From Thermoplasmata archaeon (GTDB lineage: Archaea; Thermoplasmatota; Thermoplasmata; Lutacidiplasmatales; UBA184): 64,000 bases of DNA. Below the pieces are notes generated by a model. The model was not told the origin of the DNA and made no database searches. It saw only the letters and a program-made list of their open reading frames with translations. This document shows, in pieces, positions 45,498 through 54,477 of this stretch. Position 1 is the first letter of the stretch. The number at the start of each line of letters is the position of its first letter. Made by a program: the position numbers and the translations under genes. The stretch lies in the NCBI GenBank assembly GCA_035502035.1, contig DATJUZ010000049.1, positions 5,475 through 69,474 of the forward strand. Direction: 5' to 3'.

Positions 45498-46031
45498 CTA
45501 AGCATTTGGCCCCGTCCGGGTGACGAGCGCCTGGGGGCGCCCGAGCAGGATCGCGAGCAGCAGGATCGCGGCGGTGAGCAGGCCGGCGGCGACACCGATC
45601 TCCGCCGAGCCGGTCGGCAGCGAGAGGCTGATCGCCCAGGCGAGGCCGACCGCGAGGGCGGCGAGCGCGATCGTCGGCGCCGCGCGCCGCCCCCCGCCCG
45701 AGGCCCGGGCCGGATCGTCCGCGAGCCAGAGGAGGAACGACAGTCCGGTCAGCCCGCCGAACAGCTCGGCGGCGTCGACCGGAGGGGCCGTCAGCGCGAG
45801 GACGGCGATCGCGAGGAGCGCCGGGGCGACCGAGAAGGCGGTCCTCCAGCCCCCCCGGGTCGCCCGCTGGCCCCGCCAGACGGACGACACGACCACCCCC
45901 CCGATCCCGACGGCCGGCCCGGCGAACCCCGGCAGTCCGCCGACCAGACCGAACAGCCCGGCGGCGAAGGCGAACAGGGCGGTCGTCGCGAACCCTCCCC
46001 CGCGCTCGGAGCGCTCCGAGGGGGCGCTCAC
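45498..46031 (-). CDS. Small membrane protein (4-5 TM) coupled to the DUF58 gene
   Basis: A GTG start at 46031 overlaps the DUF58 stop (GTGA). The protein is hydrophobic throughout. Confidence 0.4.
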   Translation of the reverse strand: MSAPSERSERGGGFATTALFAFAAGLFGLVGGLPGFAGPAVGIGGVVVSSVWRGQRATRGGWRTAFSVAPALLAIAVLALTAPPVDAAELFGGLTGLSFLLWLADDPARASGGGRRAAPTIALAALAVGLAWAISLSLPTGSAEIGVAAGLLTAAILLLAILLGRPQALVTRTGPNA

Positions 46032-47335
46032 GAGACCCTCCGGTAGGCGGGCCGGCGCAGGACCCTCGCGAGCGGCTCGAGCGTCCAGTAGTCGTCCCAG
46101 TCGACGACCGGCCCGTGGACCCAGAGGTCGGCGAGGCGGACCCGGCGCTCGAGCCGCTCGAGGCGGACCGCGATCGGCTCGTCGGCCGGGTCGAGCCCGC
46201 CGGTCCGCTCGCGCATCGGCAGCGGCGACGGGCTGAGCAGGACCACCGGGAATCCCTGGCGCCGGATGTACGGGAGCAGGTCGAAGCCCGGGTCGCCGGC
46301 CCAGCTCGAGACGACGAGGACGGTGACCCCCGGACGGTAGAACCGCCGCAGGCCGAGGGCGCACCGCTCCGCTGGTCCGGCGACCTCCGCGCGCCGGGAC
46401 GCGAGGATCGCGCGGAGCAGGCGCACCCGATGGACCCTACCGGTCGAAAGGGGGACCGCCTCGACGAACTCGCCGAACGACGCGAAGCCGATGCGGACCT
46501 TGTTGCGCAGGAACGCCTCCGCGATCCCGTAGACCGCGGCGCGGGCGACGCCCAGGATCCGCTCGTCGAACTCCGGCCCGAACTCGCTCGGGCGGACATC
46601 CAGGACGACGACGAGGTCGCCGGTGCGCTCGAGCTGGTAGTCGTTCGCGAGCAGCCGCCCGGCCCGCGCGCTCGCCCGCCAGTTGATCCTCCGCGGCGGC
46701 TCGCCCGGCATCGCGACCCGGAGCCCGAAGAACTCGCCGCTCGCCCCGATCGTCCTCGACCGGCTCTCCCCTGGGGCCGGTATCGTCCGCTGCAGGCGCA
46801 GCGACGCCGAGCGCTGCAGGCCGGGAGGATACCGCTCGAGCCGAAGGTCCGGCCGCGCCCCTTCGAGGGTCCGCTCGGTGAGCCCGAGCGGGTCGCGCAG
46901 GACGACCCGGGGCGCCGGCACCGTGAGGATCGAGGGCTCGTGGAGCCGCCAGCGGAGGGTGAAGCGGACCTCGGTAGGACCCCGGGCGTAGCGGATCGGC
47001 GCGAGCTCGGTCACCCCGTCGACCGCGGGCATGACGACGCCAACGTCGCGGGACGCTCCCCCGAACCGTCCGCGCAGGACGCCGGTGACGACGACCTCGG
47101 AGCTGAGCCCCCCGGACTGCCAGGAGAGGTCGACCTCGGCGAGGCCGCCCGGCACGCGAAGGCCGGCGAGCACCGGCGCGAGCAGGAACGGGAGGCCGGC
47201 GAACAGCGGGACCGGGTTCCGGACCGCGACGGAGAGGACGGCGAGTCCGGCGCCGAAGCCGAGGAGCAGGTAGGTCCGGGGCGTCCAGCGGACCGGCTCG
47301 GGCGTCGGCTCGGGGACCGGCTCGTCCAGGTTCAC
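46028..47335 (-). CDS. DUF58-domain protein (the MoxR partner that often carries a vWA-like fold)
   Basis: ...PRRINWRASARAGRLLANDYQLERTGDLVVVLD... is the DUF58 core. There are N-terminal TM helices. Confidence 0.65.
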   Translation of the reverse strand: MNLDEPVPEPTPEPVRWTPRTYLLLGFGAGLAVLSVAVRNPVPLFAGLPFLLAPVLAGLRVPGGLAEVDLSWQSGGLSSEVVVTGVLRGRFGGASRDVGVVMPAVDGVTELAPIRYARGPTEVRFTLRWRLHEPSILTVPAPRVVLRDPLGLTERTLEGARPDLRLERYPPGLQRSASLRLQRTIPAPGESRSRTIGASGEFFGLRVAMPGEPPRRINWRASARAGRLLANDYQLERTGDLVVVLDVRPSEFGPEFDERILGVARAAVYGIAEAFLRNKVRIGFASFGEFVEAVPLSTGRVHRVRLLRAILASRRAEVAGPAERCALGLRRFYRPGVTVLVVSSWAGDPGFDLLPYIRRQGFPVVLLSPSPLPMRERTGGLDPADEPIAVRLERLERRVRLADLWVHGPVVDWDDYWTLEPLARVLRRPAYRRVS

Positions 47336-47736
47336 GACCGCCTCTCGAGATCGTCGAGCCGCGCGGCGAGGTAGCGTCGGAACGCCTCCGGCGGCTGACG
47401 GACGAGCGCGGTGATCTCGGGGCCGGTCCGGGCGGGCAGGTCCGGCCGGTCGATCCGGCGCTCGAGGAGGTCGAGCGTCAGGACGATGTCCTCACGGCCC
47501 GGTTCGCCGCCCGCGAACGCCTCGCGGACGCTCCCGACGTGGACCGGCGGGGCGTAGACGCGGCGGGCCCGCTCGGTGCGGCGCTGGCGGAGCGGCTCGA
47601 TGAACGCGAGCGCGGCGGCGATCACCGCGACGGTCGCCGCCGGGACGGCGACCGAGTAGCGGGGCCCGGCGACGAACGTGACGACCAGGGCGACCCCGGC
47701 GACGAGCGGCCACCACCAGCCGATCGGCGCCTTCAC
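47332..47736 (-). CDS. Small membrane-anchored protein of the MoxR/DUF58 operon
   Basis: ORF with two N-terminal TM helices. ATGA overlaps on both sides indicate an operon. Confidence 0.4.
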   Translation of the reverse strand: MKAPIGWWWPLVAGVALVVTFVAGPRYSVAVPAATVAVIAAALAFIEPLRQRRTERARRVYAPPVHVGSVREAFAGGEPGREDIVLTLDLLERRIDRPDLPARTGPEITALVRQPPEAFRRYLAARLDDLERRS

Positions 47737-48869
47737 TGCGGGGCCCCGCCCGCGACCAGGTCGTGCTCGACCGCCTGCATCGTCTGGACGTAGCGCTGCG
47801 CGTCGGCGTCGCCGAGCGCGTGGTTCGAGTAGCAGGCCTCCTCGAACATCCGCGTCACCATCTGCGACCGCTCCGAGGAGACGTGGAGGCGGCTGAGGAC
47901 GGTCCGCTCGATCTCGGCCGGCGTCGCGCTCGCGAGCCCGTGGACCCCGGGCCCGATCCCGTCGAGCAGTCGGCCGTACAGCCGGACGATCGTCTCCCGC
48001 GGGCTCTCGCCGGCCTCGATCGCGACCCGGGCGTCCCGGAACGCGAGACGGACCGCGCCGACGCCGGGGAGCCCGACCCCCGCTCCGCCGCCCCGCGGCC
48101 GATCGAGCAGACGCGACAGCACGCCAGGAACCGAGACGAGCGCGACCGTCGCCGAGAGGACCGCCGCGATCCCGAGGAAGACCCAGTTGGAGATGCTCAC
48201 GCGGACGCCGCCGGTCGACCGGGCCCCCGAGACGCCCCGGCTCGAACTGTTGTTGCCGTGGCCGTGACCGGGCCCGGTCGAATTGTTCCCGGTCCCGTTG
48301 CCGCTCCCGTTCCCGCCGGTCGCGTTGCCGCTGCCGTTACGGGTGGTGTTGTTGCCGGTGCCCCCGCCCCCGCCTTTCCCTCCGCCTTTCCCCCCGCCCC
48401 CGCCGCCGCCCCCGGTGGCGTTCGAGCTGTTCCCTCCCCCGCCTCCGCCGTGGTGGGAACCGGTGGTGTTGTTGGCGGAGCTGCCCGAGGTTCCCCCCCC
48501 GCCGTCGCTGTTCGGCCCGAGCGAGAGCTCGGTGCTGTGGTTCCAGCCCTCGTGCAGGATCGCCGCGGAGAGCAGCAGCACGACCCCGACCGCGAGCAGG
48601 ACGCTGACCGCGACCCGGATCGCCACCGAGACCCGGGTCATCAGGACCCACCGGACGACGTAGGCGAGGAGCCCGACCAAGAGCGGGCCGAAGAACAGCG
48701 CCCCCCACATCGGCGCCGAGAGCGAGACGTTCGCCTCGGCCGAGACGTGCTGGTCGATGATCGGGGCCGGACCGACCAGGACCGTCGAGCCGAGCCCTAC
48801 GAGGACGACGACCAGGACGAGGATCCCGACGCCGACGCTCGACAGCTTGAACCGACCCGACCGCGCCAT
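47733..48869 (-). CDS. DUF4129-domain membrane protein with a ~100-aa Gly/Asn/Ser low-complexity extracytoplasmic linker
   Basis: The C-terminal RETIVRLYGRLLD...ATPAEIERTVLSRL...MVTRMFEEACYSNH is the DUF4129 signature. A four-TM N-terminus. The linker GGGGTSGSSANNTTGSHHGGGGGGNSSNATGGGGGGGGKGGGKGGGGGTGNNTTRNGSGNATGGNGSGNGTGNNSTG contains >10 N-x-S/T sequons. Confidence 0.65.
   Translation of the reverse strand: MARSGRFKLSSVGVGILVLVVVLVGLGSTVLVGPAPIIDQHVSAEANVSLSAPMWGALFFGPLLVGLLAYVVRWVLMTRVSVAIRVAVSVLLAVGVVLLLSAAILHEGWNHSTELSLGPNSDGGGGTSGSSANNTTGSHHGGGGGGNSSNATGGGGGGGGKGGGKGGGGGTGNNTTRNGSGNATGGNGSGNGTGNNSTGPGHGHGNNSSSRGVSGARSTGGVRVSISNWVFLGIAAVLSATVALVSVPGVLSRLLDRPRGGGAGVGLPGVGAVRLAFRDARVAIEAGESPRETIVRLYGRLLDGIGPGVHGLASATPAEIERTVLSRLHVSSERSQMVTRMFEEACYSNHALGDADAQRYVQTMQAVEHDLVAGGAPQ
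48225..48518. repeat. Low-complexity (CCN)n / GGN-codon DNA tract encoding the Gly/Asn/Ser linker
   Basis: Runs of ccgccc / ccccc read directly from the sequence (for example ccgcccccgcctttccctccgcctttccccccgcccccgccgccgcc). Confidence 0.6.
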
Positions 48870-48945
48870 GGTCCGACGGATATCCGGGCAAGGGGAGCAC
48901 CTCGGTTAACCCCTTGCGGGGACCCGCGGTCCCCCCGGTAGCCCC

Positions 48946-49869
48946 TCAGGCGGGGACCGGCAGGTGGGCGAGGTCGCGCTCGACCAGGGCGATGACGTCC
49001 CGGCACCGGCCGGCCGCCTCGGGGCCCATCGGGTGGGTCGAGTAGCGCGCCTCCTCGAAGAGCGTCGTCAGCTCCCGCGCGGCGGGGGGCCGTACGCCGA
49101 GCCGTTCGAGCACCGCCGCGCGGATCTCGGTCGCGGTGAGGTGGTCGATCCCGCCGACCCTCGGCTGGAGCTCGGCGAGCAGACGGAGGTACAGGCGCAC
49201 GATCGTCTCGCGCGGGTCGCCACCCTGGCGGATCGCCGCCCCGGCCTCCGCGACGGCCTCCCGGGCCCGGGCGCGCTCGGTCGGGGAGACCCGCACGGTC
49301 GGTCCGCGCCGGTCGAACACCCGGGAGAGCATGCCGGGCACCGCGAGCACCGCGACCACGGCCGACAGGCCGGCGACCCCGGCGATCGCCATCCACCCCG
49401 AGATGCGGATCAGCTCGGTCCCGGGGACGGGGGCGGACGAGCTGTTCCCGGGGCCGGAGCCTTTCGGCGACGGCGGGGACGACGAGTTGTTCCCCGCGGG
49501 GGGCGAGCCGTGGAAGTAGCCGACGTACGACGCGTTGCTGGAGCCCTGCGCGGCGAGGACGTAGACGAAGACGACCGCGACGAGCAGCAGGACGACCGCG
49601 ACCAGCATGCCGGTGCGCTGGATCACCGTCCCCCGGTGCGTGAGCCGACGGAGGAGGAGCGCGGCGACGCCGACCAGCAGCGGGCTCAGGAAGAACAGCC
49701 CCCAGAGCGTCTCCGGCAGGTCGACGATCAGCTCGCCGGCGCGGGGCTTGGGCGGCGTCGGCGCCGCGACGGCGAGCAGGCTCGCGACGATGCCCAAGGC
49801 GACCGCCACCCCGAGGACGACCGCGACCAGGCGCAGGCCGCGCGACGCCCCTGGCGCTCCGAGCGCCAT
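48946..49869 (-). CDS. DUF4129-domain membrane protein, tandem paralogue of 47733..48869
   Basis: The C-terminal RETIVRLYLRLLAELQPRVGGIDHLTATEIRAAVLERL...LTTLFEEARYSTH is the same DUF4129 signature. A shorter N/S/P-rich linker carries sequons. Confidence 0.65.
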   Translation of the reverse strand: MALGAPGASRGLRLVAVVLGVAVALGIVASLLAVAAPTPPKPRAGELIVDLPETLWGLFFLSPLLVGVAALLLRRLTHRGTVIQRTGMLVAVVLLLVAVVFVYVLAAQGSSNASYVGYFHGSPPAGNNSSSPPSPKGSGPGNSSSAPVPGTELIRISGWMAIAGVAGLSAVVAVLAVPGMLSRVFDRRGPTVRVSPTERARAREAVAEAGAAIRQGGDPRETIVRLYLRLLAELQPRVGGIDHLTATEIRAAVLERLGVRPPAARELTTLFEEARYSTHPMGPEAAGRCRDVIALVERDLAHLPVPA

Positions 49870-49942
49870 CGACCTCGTTCCCCGAGCGGGTACCGTCCTT
49901 GCTGACGATACCCCTTGCGGGGGTCCGCGCGACGGGCTCCGC

Positions 49943-50836
49943 TCAGCGTTCGGCGGGCTCGGCAGGTGGCCCCGGCGGTGCGGGCTTGCTCAGCAGGTAG
50001 AAGCTCCGGCGCTCGTGCTCGATCGCGAGCGTGGCGAAGTCGTCGACGCCGTAGCCGAGGTCGAAGACGACCCGGAACGCGTCGCGCACGGCGTGTCGCC
50101 ACCGCCGGACGGCCCCGGGCTCGTGGGACCGGATCGAGGCGAGGTCGAACGGGATCTCGAGGTGGGCGGTAGCGCCCTCGGGCTCGGAGACCGCCGTCGG
50201 CAGCCGGAGGCCGGTCTCCCCGACCTCGGTCTCGACCAGCGCGCTCGCGGCCGACCAGCGCGCCCGGTCGTCCTCCGCCGCGGGGACCCCGCCCTGCAAC
50301 CGGCGCTCGACCGTCGGGTCGGCGAGCGGCCAGCGCATCCGCAACCGATCGCTCTCGTCCCGAGGGCCGTTCGACTCGGCGAGCTGTCCGAAGTAGTTCG
50401 CCCGGTACCCTTCGGCGCGGGCGCCGAGACGTCGGACGGAGAGGGAGGCGCTCGGTCGATGCACCGGGTCGACGCCCCAGCGGACCTCCCCCAGCCCGAG
50501 ACGGAGGACCTCCTCGCGCAGGATCGCCGCGAGCCGGAAGCCGACCCGGTGGTTCTGGTACTCCGGCCGTACGACCGTCGTCAGGACGTTCTGGTAGAGG
50601 ATGCTGCCGTCCCAGCCGAGGGTCGCGACGACCGCGCCGGCGAGATAGATGTCGGCGAACGCCCCGAGGACGATCCCGCCGTTGTCCTGGACGGTCTTGG
50701 CGAGCGGCGCGGGGACCGCGAGGGCCGCCTCGGGGCCGAGCGCCTCCCGCTGGAGCTCCTCGGCCTGCCGGAACTCCTCCGGCTTCTGGAGGGCGCGGAA
50801 CGTGAAGTCGCGCGGCTCGCCGGCGGCCTTCGCCAC
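49943..50836 (-). CDS. Putative GNAT-like acyltransferase-fold protein, tentative
   Basis: FRALQKPEEFRQAEELQREALGP...NGGIVLGAF...RANYFGQL resembles a conserved GNAT-like family seen in actinobacteria and archaea. Confidence 0.3.
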   Translation of the reverse strand: MAKAAGEPRDFTFRALQKPEEFRQAEELQREALGPEAALAVPAPLAKTVQDNGGIVLGAFADIYLAGAVVATLGWDGSILYQNVLTTVVRPEYQNHRVGFRLAAILREEVLRLGLGEVRWGVDPVHRPSASLSVRRLGARAEGYRANYFGQLAESNGPRDESDRLRMRWPLADPTVERRLQGGVPAAEDDRARWSAASALVETEVGETGLRLPTAVSEPEGATAHLEIPFDLASIRSHEPGAVRRWRHAVRDAFRVVFDLGYGVDDFATLAIEHERRSFYLLSKPAPPGPPAEPAER

Positions 50837-50893
50837 GAGCGCTCGACCGGCGGACGCTACTTAATCGACCCGGTCCCGGGGGTACGGCAGGCC

Positions 50894-51319
50894 TTACCGC
50901 CGGAGGCGGAGCTCGGCGAGCTTCGTCTCGTACCGGCGCTCGTCCCGGGGGGTCAGCTCCCAGAGCAGCTCCTCGATCTCGGGGAGGTTGCGGAGGAACT
51001 CCGCCTTGCTCTTGGTGAGCATCAGGTGCTCGAACCGCTGGCGCGCGTAGAAGTAGGCCCCGACGAGGTAGCCGCCGATGATGATCAGGATCGGGCCGAG
51101 GATGACGAACAGCAGGTCGTAGTTGGCGCTCGGCTGGTTCGTCGCTCGATTGATCGACGTGAACGGGTAGGACTGGCTCAGCGGCGTGAAGAACCCGAGC
51201 GCGAGGATCGTGAGGAGGAAACCGGTCGCCAGGACCGCCACCGAGATCGCCGCCCGGCGGGCCCGCAGGGCGACGCGCAGCCGGTGCTCGAACGTCAGCG
51301 CCTCGGTCTCGGACGGCAT
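50894..51319 (-). CDS. Small membrane protein, hypothetical
   Basis: An ORF with two TM helices. Confidence 0.35.
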   Translation of the reverse strand: MPSETEALTFEHRLRVALRARRAAISVAVLATGFLLTILALGFFTPLSQSYPFTSINRATNQPSANYDLLFVILGPILIIIGGYLVGAYFYARQRFEHLMLTKSKAEFLRNLPEIEELLWELTPRDERRYETKLAELRLRR

Positions 51320-51404
51320 GCCGAGGGGCGGACACGCCCCGCCTTAAGATTCTATCCGAGAACGCTCCGGGGGCCGCACCGGGGGCCTGCCTCGCGCTCC
51401 GCGG

Positions 51405-52193
51405 CTACGGGGCGCGCCGGTCGGGGGCGCTCTCTTCGGACGCCGGAAGCTCGGTCCGGCCGTACGGAAGGGGGCGGTCCCCGGAGGGCGGTCCCCTCGG
51501 GGCGCCGGGGGCGGGGACCGCCGCGAGCACGGCCCGGCGACCCCGGTAGGCGAGCGTCGCCCCCCCGAGCACGACCAGGGGCGCCGCCACGGCGCCGGCG
51601 GGGCCGACCAGCGGCCCGAGGCCGATCAGGAAGAACGCGACCAGGGCGAACAGGCCCCCGGCGAGCGGGCCCCCGACGCGGACCGCGCCGGAGCTCGCGT
51701 CGCGGCGGCTGAGGAGGCCGCCGGCGACCTCGAGCGCCACGACCGCGAGCGCCTCCACGGCGGCGGCGACGGTGCCGAGGACAGTCGGCGCCGCCGTGGT
51801 CCCGAGGTACGCCGAGACCACCGCGAGGGCGAGGATCGCCCCGATCCCTGCCCGGAAGGCGAGCGCATAGAACGGCAGGGCGGCGCCCCGGCCCCAGTAG
51901 ACGGTCCGCGCGAGGAAGAGCTGCGCGAGCTCGGTGCCGGCGACGAGCAGGCCGAGGAACAGCGCCGCGCCGGGAAGCGCGCCGTTGGCGGCCGAGTCGG
52001 CGAACAGGACGAACGCGACCGCGAGCGGCACCCCGACGAACAGGCCGACCGTGTAGCCTGCGAGGAGCTTGCGCTCGTCGAACAGCGTCACCGGGACCTG
52101 GGGGGCGGCGTACCGGCCGATCTCCCACCACAGGAACGCCCCCGAGAGCAGGACGCCGACAGCGCCCCCGATCGTCAGCGACGCGACGACCAT
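51405..52193 (-). CDS. Polytopic membrane protein, hypothetical
   Basis: Internal ATG at 52193 (MVVASLTIGG...). 7-8 hydrophobic segments. The start overlaps the trmI stop. Confidence 0.4.
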   Translation of the reverse strand: MVVASLTIGGAVGVLLSGAFLWWEIGRYAAPQVPVTLFDERKLLAGYTVGLFVGVPLAVAFVLFADSAANGALPGAALFLGLLVAGTELAQLFLARTVYWGRGAALPFYALAFRAGIGAILALAVVSAYLGTTAAPTVLGTVAAAVEALAVVALEVAGGLLSRRDASSGAVRVGGPLAGGLFALVAFFLIGLGPLVGPAGAVAAPLVVLGGATLAYRGRRAVLAAVPAPGAPRGPPSGDRPLPYGRTELPASEESAPDRRAP

Positions 52194-52195
52194 CG

Positions 52196-52966
52196 TCAGT
52201 CGACCTTCCGCCCCGCGGCGAGGAAGCCGGTGTGGCCGAGCATCTCGAACTCCGGTCGGGTCCCCCCGTCCCCTACGTGGATCGGACGCTCGATCAGCTC
52301 GAGCGCCCGCACCTCCTCGAACCGCTCGTCCCGCAGCGCACGGACGGTCCGCTCGAGCTGGTTGTACGTCGGGGTGTACGTCGCGAGCGAGCCGCCCGTC
52401 GCGAGCGCCTCCCGCGCCGAGCGCAGCACCGACCACGGTTCCGGCAGGTCGAGCACCACGCCGTGCACCGGCTCGCCCGGCAGGCCCGCAACGGCGACGT
52501 CGCGCAGGCGGAAGGCGACGCGGTCGAGGAGCCCGGAGCGTTCGACGTTGCGACGCGCCGCGTCCAGGAACTCCGGCCGCCGGTCGTAGCTCGCGACCCG
52601 CCCCTCCCGCCCCACCAGGGTCGCGAGGACGACCGTGAGGGCGCCGGAACCGGAGCCGGCCTCCGCGACCGAGGCCCCGGGGACCGCCCCGGCCAGGAAG
52701 GCGAGGTGGAACGCATCCTTGGGAGTGACGATCTGGGGGCCGCGCTCGAGCCCGCCCAGGAGGTCGGAGAGCGACGGACGCACGAGGCGGTACTGCCGGC
52801 CGAGCCAGGCGACCGTCCCCCCCGGCGCGCGACCGAGCTCGGCGGAGAGGTCGAGGACCGCGCTCCCTCCGACCGCCTGCGGCGTGGGGCGCAGCCGGAC
52901 GACCCTCGGCGCCTCGCCGGCGCGCACGAGGACCGCGACGTCCCCCTCGGCCCAGCCGTCGCTCAT
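52196..52966 (-). CDS. trmI: tRNA (adenine-N1)-methyltransferase TrmI (Gcd14 family)
   Basis: SAM-binding VAEAGSGSGALTVVLA and the GCD14 family C-terminal region. Start is the ATG at 52966 (MSDGWAEG...). Confidence 0.7.
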   Translation of the reverse strand: MSDGWAEGDVAVLVRAGEAPRVVRLRPTPQAVGGSAVLDLSAELGRAPGGTVAWLGRQYRLVRPSLSDLLGGLERGPQIVTPKDAFHLAFLAGAVPGASVAEAGSGSGALTVVLATLVGREGRVASYDRRPEFLDAARRNVERSGLLDRVAFRLRDVAVAGLPGEPVHGVVLDLPEPWSVLRSAREALATGGSLATYTPTYNQLERTVRALRDERFEEVRALELIERPIHVGDGGTRPEFEMLGHTGFLAAGRKVD

Positions 52967-53122
52967 GCCTAGGAGGGTTCTCCGTCCCGCGCGCACCCGC
53001 CCGGGGGGCGCCCGCGTGGCGCGCCGAGCCGCGCGAGGCGCTTAGCCTCTCGGTCGCGGCGGGCCCGGCCGTCGCCCGGACGGGCCCGGAACGACGCGCG
53101 CGCGGACGGCGGACCGGTCGGG

Positions 53123-53129
53123 CTTATAG
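53123..53129 (+). promoter_or_regulatory. CTTATAG AT-rich element ~120 nt upstream of tRNA-Gly (candidate promoter with a long 5' leader)
   Basis: It is the only AT-rich box between trmI and the tRNA. Confidence 0.25.
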
Positions 53130-53247
53130 TACCCGCCCGTGTCGGGGGCGCCCGGAGGGACCGACGACGCGCGGCGCACCGACGACGCACCGACCCGCGT
53201 CCGACGGCGGTCCTTCGTTCCCGGGGACGGGGCGGTCGCGACCTCAC

Positions 53248-53321
53248 GCGGGCATAGTGTAGTCTGGTTATCACATAGGCTTGCCAAGCCTATAACCCGG
53301 GTTCAAATCCCGGTGCCCGCA
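53248..53321 (+). tRNA. tRNA-Gly (anticodon GCC)
   Basis: GCGGGCAUAGUGUAGUCUGGUUAUCACAUAGGCUUGCCAAGCCUAUAACCCGGGUUCAAAUCCCGGUGCCCGCA. It has a 7-bp acceptor stem, anticodon loop UUGCCAA and T-arm GGGUUCAAAUCCCGG. CCA is not encoded. Confidence 0.85.
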
Positions 53322-53436
53322 TCCTGAGCCCGGCCGCCCGCCTCCGGGGGGCCGGTGCCCCGGAAGGGGTTGCGCCCCCGCCGGCCCATCGACCGAAACG
53401 CCAAGAACGATTCCCTCTTCGGACGGCCCGACCCTC

Positions 53437-54477
53437 ATGGATTCCGGTGCGCTGGTACTCGAGACGCACGACCTCGGCTACTCGTACGCCCCCGGGAGGT
53501 TCGCCGTACGGCACCTGTCGGTCGGCCTGCGTCAGGGCGAGGTCCTCGGGCTGCTCGGGCGCAACGGGGCGGGCAAGACCACGACCGTTCGGCTCCTCAC
53601 GACGCTGCTCCCGCCGACCGAGGGGACGGCGACCGTGCTGGGCCAGGACCTGCGGACCGCCGGGCGCGGCCTGCGGTCCCGCCTCGGGGTCGTCCTCCAG
53701 TCCGAGTCGCTCGACTTCGTGACGGTCGAGCGGAACCTCACGCTGTACGCGTTCCTCTGGGGCGTGCCCCGGGAGCTGGCGAAGAGCCGCGCGGAGGAGA
53801 TGATCGAGCTCTTCGAGCTCGGACCGGCCCGCCGTCGCAAGCCGTGGGCGCTCTCGGGCGGGGAGCGCCGCCGGTTCCAGGTCGCCCGGGAGCTGATGCA
53901 CGACATGGAGATCCTCTTCCTGGACGAGCCGACCGTCGGGCTGGACGCGATCGCGCGCCGGCGCATCCTGAAGTACCTTCGGGAGCGGGCGCGCGGGGGC
54001 CTCTCGATCGTCTTCACGACCCACATCCTCCACGAGGCGGACCAGCTCTGCGACCGGATCGCCGTCCTGCACCTCGGCCGGCTCATCGCGCTCGACTCCT
54101 CCGAGGAGCTGAAGCGCCAGCACGGGGGCGCGCGGGAGGTCTCGCTGACGTTCGCCGCCCCGCTCTCCCCGGCCCACCGCGCGGAGCTCACGGGCGAGCT
54201 GGCCACCCGCGGCGCGGTCGCCGTGCCCCTGCCGGCGGACGCGGAAGCCTCCGGGGTCCTCGCCTTCCAGGCGCGCGACGCGGAGGAGCTGCTGCCCTGG
54301 ATCAGCGCGTGGTCGCATGCGAACGGGCTCGCGATCGACCGGATGTCCGTCGAGGCCGCGACCCTCGAAGGGGCGTTCCTCGGGATGATCGAGGAGACCG
54401 ACGAGGACGAGGGGGAGGGCGGGACCCGCCCGGCCCCCTCCGCCGGCGTTCCCGGCGGCGACGGGAGGGTCCCGTGA
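53437..54477 (+). CDS. ABC transporter ATP-binding protein (ABC-2 type)
   Basis: Walker A GRNGAGKTTT, signature LSGGERRRF and Walker B FLDEPT. Confidence 0.85.
   Translation: MDSGALVLETHDLGYSYAPGRFAVRHLSVGLRQGEVLGLLGRNGAGKTTTVRLLTTLLPPTEGTATVLGQDLRTAGRGLRSRLGVVLQSESLDFVTVERNLTLYAFLWGVPRELAKSRAEEMIELFELGPARRRKPWALSGGERRRFQVARELMHDMEILFLDEPTVGLDAIARRRILKYLRERARGGLSIVFTTHILHEADQLCDRIAVLHLGRLIALDSSEELKRQHGGAREVSLTFAAPLSPAHRAELTGELATRGAVAVPLPADAEASGVLAFQARDAEELLPWISAWSHANGLAIDRMSVEAATLEGAFLGMIEETDEDEGEGGTRPAPSAGVPGGDGRVP

Noticed and set aside
53139-53327. 62-aa ORF spanning the tRNA-Gly gene
   Set aside because: It is fully explained by the tRNA, and its translation is meaningless.
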